Source: a virus
IMG/VR virus record: IMGVR_UViG_3300042261_000868
Span: 1 to 64,000 of that record
Length of the DNA stretch: 64,000 nt
Strand: one strand, 5' to 3'
The position numbers and the translations under genes were made by a program. Below are positions 50,401 to 56,548 of this stretch, piece by piece. The notes beneath the pieces were generated by a model. The model saw only the letters and a list, made by a program, of their open reading frames with translations. It was not told the DNA's origin and did not search any database. How positions within the stretch are numbered: the first letter of the stretch is position 1; every line of letters begins with the position of its first letter.

Positions 50401-51914
50401 ACGAAACAATTTGTGATATATTGGGAGATAATAAGGACGATCCAAAGTACAAATGGAAGCAACACAATCACGAAGAATGGACCACCCCAATCCTTGAATC
50501 ACCATTTGCTGGACCATTCAGCACCGACGAATTCAATGTTTGGTTAGCTTCTGGTAATACCAAAGGCAACCGTTGGGGTACTAATATTTGGGCATCAGAT
50601 GAGGGTGGAGTCATAACGGTTCATCACAAGAAGCAAAGAATCGGTATTAATGACCCACAAGCTGGTTATGCCGTTGAAGACGGTGTTTGGAAGCAAATTG
50701 AAAAATCCGCAAATCGCGGACATCTATACTATGCTACAATTACCACAGAAGTTAAGATTTCACATATTGAAGTATCAGAACTTGAGAAACCAACTGCTTG
50801 TAGAGTCTTCTATGACGAGTTTATCTTTGATTTAGATGCTTATTCCGAACAAGGAATAGATACGTTAGTTAAAGACATAATTAGTGTATCTTATCCTAGC
50901 TACAGTGGTACTGAATTAGTCCCACATGCACAAGAATACAACACTAAGTATGAGATTCTAGGGCTTGAATGCGACGAGAATGTAAATGCATACCAGCCAG
51001 CGGAAAGCCAACTAAATCCATATGTCGGTGGAGATTCCCTTTGTAACTCAGAGTCGTTCTCATACACTGAATGGGTAACAAGCTTCTTACAAGAGATGAA
51101 GAACAATGTTGGCTTAAGAAAAATTGTTGACCAAAAGGAAAACAAATACTTCTTTAAGTATGACATTAACAGACCTTTCGGAAGTACCACCTATAAGGAT
51201 TCCGATTCCATTGAGTTAACCAATGATATTAAGATCGTTGAAACTGAGTGGAGACGTTATCAAGATGGTGTTGGATTGGGTGGTGATGTCCCAATTCTCA
51301 ATGTCAGTAGTGACAATAAGTTGGTTTGTAACGATTTGAACTCTTGGTTCATCGGCCAAACCGCATTTGGTACACCAGACAGAGCAGTTGTGTTTGGTGG
51401 ATTTGAATTCCCAGCAGACGGTAAGGTTAATGTAAGTACCCTCTGGTGGGAGAATCTTACAACAGACCTTACATTTAAATGGAATAAGTTTGCTATAAGC
51501 CCAGAAGATACCTTTAATAAAAATTATTCTAATAGAATTCTATCTTCAGTTTTTACAAATAAAGAGCCAACTACAGCCAAATCCTCATTAGGGGCTGTAA
51601 TATTTGACTTAACTAACAACATTCTTGTTGAAAGACATGGCACAGCTATATTTGATAAGCAGAATTCAGTCCAGGTAACTGTTGAGTTGCCAGAAATTTT
51701 GGTCAATAAAGATAAATACAGTATAACATTGACACCTAGTGATAACATCAACTGCTGGTGGGAAAATAAGACTCCAAGCAGCTTTACAATTAAAATAGAT
51801 GCAGAGGAATGGTCTGGGTCGGTTGAGTGGTTTGTTACCTTAAACGACAAAGTTACTAGTGAAGATGTAGATAAGGACTCAAATAAGGCTTTCAATAGCT
51901 ACGAGGAACTCTAA
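44433..51914 (+). CDS. 2493-aa virion protein with Kelch-like repeats, degenerate SGNH domain and C-terminal beta module
   Basis: GIAIGG/GVAFGG/GLATGG/ALFFGG/AVVFGG Kelch-like blades with TESWNGIAW; TGIATDFTSNMFARFRRDVL. Confidence 0.6.
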   Translation: MEVNDTKKALLTKELRLQTDKLLAEVSTQSTSGSEVTNIDSFKFSDEWTNNKNVFSNATVEKIKSTTIADLVNIPEGLVYNNVNDTLTFVDESLSKYFGSSCKIEGSNQITLNELVSDIEIFDTLDKINNFGDVYDFQFRQLDFSTNKYSNVKPFVTFEKILGYFSIDKLLNDELIRKNSQTALNEEYANTDRSSEFPPYSGFLINSEYLNNGWVSIDQIIRSAYNDDYAYDTEASLAIRTTKIKEAKRALIVLTLSYVCDIFNLNSFNKLSDFGVRIIDRTTGKELSVTNTKNELIEKIATTIVATYSGQLEEPTNGEQINVASNLNQTKTKCNKIKTNKCNGTLFTTSDKQNTNTEENGFIHEIDAQVRLNPFRELLLAKPDILNTIDPIHWTSGVDNLTQTGELYDIIKEFGGNTYKSGKLNQDRAFAYGSGEFTNGIAIGGYFHDSNNIGITNSTESWNGIAWTNRENCPLDAACGLTGGNQDLAVMSYGLSSSWTNEDKTFDNFFKPSINTLTTQSAIFQNNTWKIISEISPVLPRHSVAGKINIKYDESVPGENIEQIYDKTIFPMCNVAISQAKQFASQKFDFSTEASSLSGAVETPNTSPRVWFDIWQCNGVAFGGSNSEHQPMNTITDKSELSTGITDEFESINWTHINKNTINPEDSELVVETQTFGCWFVDPTRKYPIKALGVSYVGTNDSGLATGGKTSNSLSNETRDNVKVNMKTYYFDVEKYNQNNLSVIPYCYENNGISWIRRDDLPEAVYYHAGVGDNEYALFFGGLHGSLETPQVYTSFKNCQDWETLINLYGGAFARNGAFSLNGNLRYSSFSNIYDGNSVGAENSYGNSYFKNRNNQTTDTSTVIYSSEYLNSENQTLQDIYPNITDFLSVQDPEFTFPNKQIHTNVYKKLIYTYNKLYFKATHYSIVYDLVFDQKIVSDYEKITVNMIDGTITVLATEDNEEAVKQYFGTLNNILLTSEDYIVISSVFKSGTNKLISLREDSPANKTSVLDIWEEKLTDANIGTLGEFTYYIANHPQKFIETYTPSGLIPYGVAASPENYLSNLGAIYAGHPSDGGLWLCSRPTIGEVLYDPKNFLNENCPKNELIQHGFNAVSGSEKYTYFVSPALFETYTNTINGNKTQYPNYIYTGLYQYLEKENDEYTINETWKSNIQRNPALLVNIKKKVTRDGYSPTEKRELIKFPYYGTDCSGSFVFYNTEKYNSFNQVFSEFISDQFISPEIILDRDLIHIHMYDNDSTGYLGYGDKKSSSIRDKAGLWPWVDLLGADASNDCVVGEYTYRWDLSGNLYFALVEEVNTLTDEIVGAYKQEKIKITKYLSNGKKAFDYTIDYRENLDITKMTKISKNDMVYAGEGTKTFQDHLAEKNNEYGIFNIFGNSIKRQIIKNNLYNSLHVYGNKQNYENTDRTVISYNWDEVCKDEFNESSISGYPFKYTNICELIKENDLYNNPKRYQFYLESYSFGDGSFSITPATEWYTPIYHQENTKVKTIIPPQILTENLCGIRENLIKLRYNLFSLVAHNGLFFGDIRVMGEDLDRCYMPSNCSTIACGDAPTFVFDYDATKGQPEYYMDKLTNPNNLEWRDTGIATDFTSNMFARFRRDVLADNRLDTEFLVSNGLNVYPLTYKDSNNKYWSPLDIATNSAITNKTLDAKANAVIFCGGVFDVMYDKNFYETIYFLEEMAKLAQNEHVWVIFLTIPPRAMMQYDVAIERHVWYNNLVGGGRLDDPAGQVRMSIKEQPITGDTWNVPMGFGPYSGLVDPFIGKTKLEKLVAINEWMKSKLTSYDHDVLDLYDFFADKTTPAINQQKYVFNPADNTISPTGEEIYGFINPEYTNGRFSNDAQNQFNGLISYVGNEAMINFIYESVDLTPRFNAKIMDFDGNIIDPKQIFDYEYPHLSRNQRDVYYDLHKVGVENTFHETPGDYDPSIDIESVRLKPGENGSFSNLIHKVCYETLYFDLLCCLLKQDTCYASCYETICDILGDNKDDPKYKWKQHNHEEWTTPILESPFAGPFSTDEFNVWLASGNTKGNRWGTNIWASDEGGVITVHHKKQRIGINDPQAGYAVEDGVWKQIEKSANRGHLYYATITTEVKISHIEVSELEKPTACRVFYDEFIFDLDAYSEQGIDTLVKDIISVSYPSYSGTELVPHAQEYNTKYEILGLECDENVNAYQPAESQLNPYVGGDSLCNSESFSYTEWVTSFLQEMKNNVGLRKIVDQKENKYFFKYDINRPFGSTTYKDSDSIELTNDIKIVETEWRRYQDGVGLGGDVPILNVSSDNKLVCNDLNSWFIGQTAFGTPDRAVVFGGFEFPADGKVNVSTLWWENLTTDLTFKWNKFAISPEDTFNKNYSNRILSSVFTNKEPTTAKSSLGAVIFDLTNNILVERHGTAIFDKQNSVQVTVELPEILVNKDKYSITLTPSDNINCWWENKTPSSFTIKIDAEEWSGSVEWFVTLNDKVTSEDVDKDSNKAFNSYEEL

Positions 51915-51915
51915 T

Positions 51916-53190
51916 ATGACTGAAGAAGCAAAGAAATTTACATCAGACGGTGTGGTATTAAGAGGTCCAGCATCTTTTGGCTCTAATGGCTACTTAACCG
52001 ATGTTGAGATGGGCATTTTTATAAACGAAAAAGGTGATTTGATTTTTAGAGACAATTATGTTAAAAATGTACTTAAAAAAGATGCCATATCCCTTAGAGA
52101 ACTTTATAATAAAAACAAAGGTGTATTTTCAGAAGTATCAGATGGAGTTGAAAAACTCTTTTTTAAAGATTCCACCGTTAGTAGAGCCTATTCCTTAGAA
52201 GAAATTGTTAACCTCTGTCAGAGTGCTAGAAAGAGCCTCATCACTGGTCCTCTTTGGTGGGTTGGTAGAACAGAAATTGATCATACTGAATGTGCAAACA
52301 TTACTATTGAAACCGAAAAGGATAATCCAGATGCTCCACACCTTCTATGGAGCTTGGATAGATACTTGTCGGAAGTTACCAATACGAAACCTTGTGATTC
52401 TCCAAGCCCAATGACTTTCTATGAGAAAACCATAGACCCAAAAACTGGCGAATGGATTTGGTGGGATGTTCAGAACCTTGAGATAGTTGTTCCTCCAGTT
52501 TCAGATCCATATAAACTTGCGACAATCATTGCTAAGTTAAGTTACCAAACATATAACTCAGAAGAACCAGTTATTTTCAGACTATATGATGCAACTATTG
52601 GTAAGGAATTAACCAGAACCGCCGTAATCCAAGCAAACAAGGGTAAATTGCTAACCCCAGTTACTATGACTTATTTTGGAAATATATACGACCAAAATAG
52701 CCTTATAAATTCAACAACAAACTGTTCTACTGATGATTGTAGTTGCACCACGGTTGATTGCTTTGACGGTGATGGTAACTGCTTCGTTCCTAATGTTAAA
52801 TATGTGAACAGCACATATATGACCCAATCACACATTATTAAGGTTCAATTCCATGTTACTAATTATCAACCTAACCATTGGGAAAGAGTGATGGGTGCGG
52901 CATATGGGACGGAATCGGTTACTAAATCAAGTATTGAAGCAGTAATGTTTGATATCAACCCAAGTTCCCGTATTAGCAGAAAACAAGGAACAGCAGAAAT
53001 AGCAAATTCAGACACCTTTAAAGTTACTCTTGACAGCAATTTTGCCACTTCATCATATTCCATTCAATTAACCCCAAATAAAAATGTAAAAGTTTGGGTC
53101 ATTGACAAGTCTGAAAGTGGATTCACTATTAAATGCTCCAAAAAAATAACTTGTTCAGTTGATTGGACTGCGATACTTTTAAATAAATAG
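51916..53190 (+). CDS. Virion protein, short paralog of the 2493-aa protein
   Basis: Shares the N-terminal motif, the R..D.T.GKEL domain and the C-terminal module. Confidence 0.55.
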   Translation: MTEEAKKFTSDGVVLRGPASFGSNGYLTDVEMGIFINEKGDLIFRDNYVKNVLKKDAISLRELYNKNKGVFSEVSDGVEKLFFKDSTVSRAYSLEEIVNLCQSARKSLITGPLWWVGRTEIDHTECANITIETEKDNPDAPHLLWSLDRYLSEVTNTKPCDSPSPMTFYEKTIDPKTGEWIWWDVQNLEIVVPPVSDPYKLATIIAKLSYQTYNSEEPVIFRLYDATIGKELTRTAVIQANKGKLLTPVTMTYFGNIYDQNSLINSTTNCSTDDCSCTTVDCFDGDGNCFVPNVKYVNSTYMTQSHIIKVQFHVTNYQPNHWERVMGAAYGTESVTKSSIEAVMFDINPSSRISRKQGTAEIANSDTFKVTLDSNFATSSYSIQLTPNKNVKVWVIDKSESGFTIKCSKKITCSVDWTAILLNK

Positions 53191-53207
53191 ATAAATAAGG
53201 ATACATT

Positions 53208-55766
53208 ATGGCTGGCACACCCTTTTTAGCATCAGAAATAAATATTGGCGACTTAGCAAACAAAATAAGTATTGCTAGTGATGGGAGTATGACATTCACC
53301 GATCCATATGTCCCTACTATAAAATTAAAGGATTTATCGATCATTAATGAAAGAAGTGCTAGAATAAGTGGAGATGCTATTCTCCAAGATCAAATTTCCG
53401 ACTTAGCAAGTATAACTGGTGACTATACATTACTCACCACTACTGAAAGCATCTCTGGTGACTTACAATCTCAAATTGACTCAAACTCTATTTCAATTAA
53501 TAACTTAGCAAGTATAACTGGTAACTATACATTACTCACCACTACTGAAAGCATCTCTGGTGACTTACAATCTCAAATTGACTCAAACTCTATTTCAATT
53601 AATAACTTAGCAAGTATAACTGGTAACTATACATTACTCACCACTACTGAAAGTATCTCTGGTGACTTACAATCTCAAATTGACTCAAAGCAACCTCATA
53701 TAACTCTTGTTGCTGGAAGTAATATAAGTATCGTAGAGTCACCTATAGATACTTGGACAATTGGTTCCAATGGTAGCATTGCGGCAACTACTAATGCTAC
53801 GAATACCACAAGGTATCCTTTGTTTGCGAGTAGCATAAGTGGTGATGTATCTCTCTACACGGATGGTGACTTAACATATAATCCTTCAACAAACTTATGG
53901 ACAGTTAAGGCAATATCTTCACCGAAGTCGGTAGATTCAAGTCAAGGGTTTGGACTTGATGCTCTAAAAAATAATACGGGGGCAAATAATACTGCTGTTG
54001 GTTATCAAGGACTCTTTACTAACATCACTGGAGGTGGCAACGTTGCCATAGGATACCAAGCGGGGTATTACGAAACTGGAAGCAACAAACTCCACATTGC
54101 CAATAACTCTAGCAGTTCCCTGGTCTACGGTGACTTCGATGCAGGTACTCTTGCGATCAACCTCGCATCGTCTAGGCAGGCCCTTTTCAGTCTACAGGGA
54201 TCAACATATGCTGACCTGAATCTCGGTGGCGGCGCTGGTGCGCTGGGGCAACTCACGCTCCATAGCGATGGGGCACCGACCACCGCAGATCGTGCCAGAA
54301 TCAGATTCACCACGAGCAGCGTAGGCGATGATTGGGCTATTCAGCGCGTGGGGGCGGGTTCCCCGAATCTCGGGAAGCGCATATCCTTCTGCTATGGAAA
54401 TCTGTCCGGTGCACCGCTCGAAGTGATGGGTCTGTACCAGGACGGCGGCGTGCAGATCGGCGGCACCTACGGCACCAGCCCAGGTGCCGGTAATCTTTCA
54501 ATTAACAGTAATTCAGCGGCATTACCATCATTAACAGTAAAAGGTGCAACTGGTCAGACTGCCGACCTCCAGCAATGGCAGGACAGCTCTGGAAACTCGC
54601 TAGTCGCGGTCCACAGTGAAGGGTTCAGCGTCCGCACTCGTCCTGGTGGCGCCAACCAGCGAATCTACATCCGCCCGATTGCTGGGAATGAAACGGGCGA
54701 GATGGAGATTGCCGCCGACAGCGTGATGTCCCTCAAAGCTGCTAGTTTCTACCAGTACTACATCGGCGGCAGTAGTTATCGAGTCGATCTGTACAATAGT
54801 CGATTCCGCTTCAAGGACAACCTCACGTTTGGCGAAGCGGCAGCCGGATTGTCTGCCAATGTGCAGTTCGAGGTTGCGACTCAGATCCGCAGCAACAATG
54901 CGGCGGCGATCCCCTTGTACGTTCGCGGATTCACCGGGCAGACCGCCAACCTGCAAGAGTGGCAGAACAGCGCCGGGCAAATCCTGGCCTTCGTAGCGAG
55001 TAACGGAGCGGTCTCGCTCAACCCCCTCCAGGCCGCAATAACCCCGCTCACAGTCAATATGGGTTCCACCAGAACTGCCATATTCAGTCTGAACTCGTCG
55101 ACGTATGCCGACTTGAATCTTGGTGGTGGCGCTGGGGCATTGGGTCAGCTAACGCTTCATTCGGACGGCCTCCCTACCACCGTAAATCAAGCCAGGATCA
55201 GATTCACCACGAACACCGGGTCCGACAGCTGGTTGATTCAGCGTGTCGGGCAGGGCAGTCCCAACCTCAACAAGCGTCTCGCCTTCCAGTACGGGACCAT
55301 CGGTGGAACGCTTCTTGAACCCCTCGGCCTGTACCAGGACGGTGGCGTTCAGGTCGGTGGCACCTTCAGCACTAGTCCAGGTTCCGGCAATCTCGCAATC
55401 AACAGTAATTCAGCGGCACTACCATCATTGACAGTAAAAGGTGCGGCTGCCCAGACGGCCAACCTCCAAGAGTGGCGGAATTCAACGAATAGTATATTAA
55501 CATCTATAGCATCTGATGGTAACATATCTTTAATAAAAGGAGTTCCTTATAGTTGGCCTTCCAGCAACTCAATAGGAACTTTAACAAATAATGGATCTGG
55601 TGGATTATCGTGGCAACAACCAAGTTCATCATTTATAAACCTAGATTCTGTTCCAACCCCAACAACTAGTGGCTCATTTGGTCAAATGGGTGTAATTAGT
55701 GGCTACATGTATATATGGACTGGAATAAATACTGTCGTTAGACAAGTAGTAGAAACTTCATGGTAA
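53208..55766 (+). CDS. Tail fibre / receptor-binding protein
   Basis: Coiled-coil repeats, YadA-like NTAVGYQ/NVAIGYQ motifs, duplicated beta modules, QTAxLQxW linkers. Confidence 0.75.
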   Translation: MAGTPFLASEINIGDLANKISIASDGSMTFTDPYVPTIKLKDLSIINERSARISGDAILQDQISDLASITGDYTLLTTTESISGDLQSQIDSNSISINNLASITGNYTLLTTTESISGDLQSQIDSNSISINNLASITGNYTLLTTTESISGDLQSQIDSKQPHITLVAGSNISIVESPIDTWTIGSNGSIAATTNATNTTRYPLFASSISGDVSLYTDGDLTYNPSTNLWTVKAISSPKSVDSSQGFGLDALKNNTGANNTAVGYQGLFTNITGGGNVAIGYQAGYYETGSNKLHIANNSSSSLVYGDFDAGTLAINLASSRQALFSLQGSTYADLNLGGGAGALGQLTLHSDGAPTTADRARIRFTTSSVGDDWAIQRVGAGSPNLGKRISFCYGNLSGAPLEVMGLYQDGGVQIGGTYGTSPGAGNLSINSNSAALPSLTVKGATGQTADLQQWQDSSGNSLVAVHSEGFSVRTRPGGANQRIYIRPIAGNETGEMEIAADSVMSLKAASFYQYYIGGSSYRVDLYNSRFRFKDNLTFGEAAAGLSANVQFEVATQIRSNNAAAIPLYVRGFTGQTANLQEWQNSAGQILAFVASNGAVSLNPLQAAITPLTVNMGSTRTAIFSLNSSTYADLNLGGGAGALGQLTLHSDGLPTTVNQARIRFTTNTGSDSWLIQRVGQGSPNLNKRLAFQYGTIGGTLLEPLGLYQDGGVQVGGTFSTSPGSGNLAINSNSAALPSLTVKGAAAQTANLQEWRNSTNSILTSIASDGNISLIKGVPYSWPSSNSIGTLTNNGSGGLSWQQPSSSFINLDSVPTPTTSGSFGQMGVISGYMYIWTGINTVVRQVVETSW
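53401..53688 (+). repeat. 102-bp tandem repeat (about 2.8 copies) in the fibre shaft
   Basis: acttagcaagtataactggt... at 53401, 53503 and 53605; 34-aa unit LASITGNYTLLTTTESISGDLQSQIDSNSISINN. Confidence 0.95.
54504..55444 (+). repeat. 44-bp direct repeat pair (54504-54547 and 55401-55444) ending duplicated fibre modules
   Basis: aacagtaattcagcggca(t/c)taccatcatt(a/g)acagtaaaaggtgc, 2 mismatches. Confidence 0.9.
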
Positions 55767-55787
55767 TCAAATAATAAGGAGAAAAAT

Positions 55788-56159
55788 ATGCCAACAAATT
55801 ATAAACAATCAGATGTAGTAGGTACTTTCTGGAAACGTGCCAATTCTGTTAGTATACAAAATACACTAAACGGTACACCAAGTATCACTTATCACGAGTT
55901 TGATGCAATTCAAATCGCAGATAAAATAATAGAAAACTCTGTTAGTAGTGTTTCGCAAACAATGATTGACGAAAATGTGACATTTCCTTTAGTCAATTCA
56001 GAGAATTGGTCAGAACCTATGATCCAATCATATAAAGATGCAATGGTCGCTGCTATTCAATCTGGTGAAGTTCCTATTTGGGTAATTTATCAATTACTCA
56101 ATAGCCATTATGCACATCTAGCAACAACAAGAGATTTAGCCCCAGAGAATAATCAATAA
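55788..56159 (+). CDS. Probable tail fibre assembly/chaperone-like protein
   Basis: AAGGAG RBS; small gene directly after the fibre; function inferred from position only. Confidence 0.4.
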   Translation: MPTNYKQSDVVGTFWKRANSVSIQNTLNGTPSITYHEFDAIQIADKIIENSVSSVSQTMIDENVTFPLVNSENWSEPMIQSYKDAMVAAIQSGEVPIWVIYQLLNSHYAHLATTRDLAPENNQ

Positions 56160-56173
56160 ATATATTATATGAT

Positions 56174-56425
56174 ATGAGTCATATCCAAATAGTAAATACT
56201 AATGATGGGATTGGTAAGTCCCTAGAAGAAAATTTAGGTATATCAACTGTTGCTACCTCCACCGAATCTTTATCTTTTGAACCAACTGATATAAGAGGCG
56301 GGATAGCAATAAAATCAGATTCCTTACCCACCGATCCAACCCCAGGTACTATTTCTATAGATTCAAACGATGGAAATACTCTTAAGTGGTGGAACGGAAC
56401 AATCTGGAAGTCCGCTGGGCAGTAA
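56174..56425 (+). CDS. Small fibre-associated protein
   Basis: PTDPTPGTI...TLKWWNGTIW resembles fibre/adhesin motifs. Confidence 0.5.
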   Translation: MSHIQIVNTNDGIGKSLEENLGISTVATSTESLSFEPTDIRGGIAIKSDSLPTDPTPGTISIDSNDGNTLKWWNGTIWKSAGQ

Positions 56426-56524
56426 GTTATTAATAACCCCAATATAATATACAAGATTTCAATATAATAATTAATAAACCATTATTATTTTTAATAAACT
56501 TAAAGAGATGACATATAAGGAAAA

Positions 56525-56532
56525 TATAAATA
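56525..56532 (+). promoter_or_regulatory. T4-type late promoter TATAAATA
   Basis: Exact match 17 bp before ATG 56549. Confidence 0.7.
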
Positions 56533-56548
56533 GATAAGAGCATGAATT

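Noticed and set aside
54150-55460. Duplicated fibre modules as a DGR template/variable repeat pair
   Set aside because: Differences are mostly synonymous and involve all four bases rather than being adenine-specific; both copies are in-frame in one gene; no reverse transcriptase in the window
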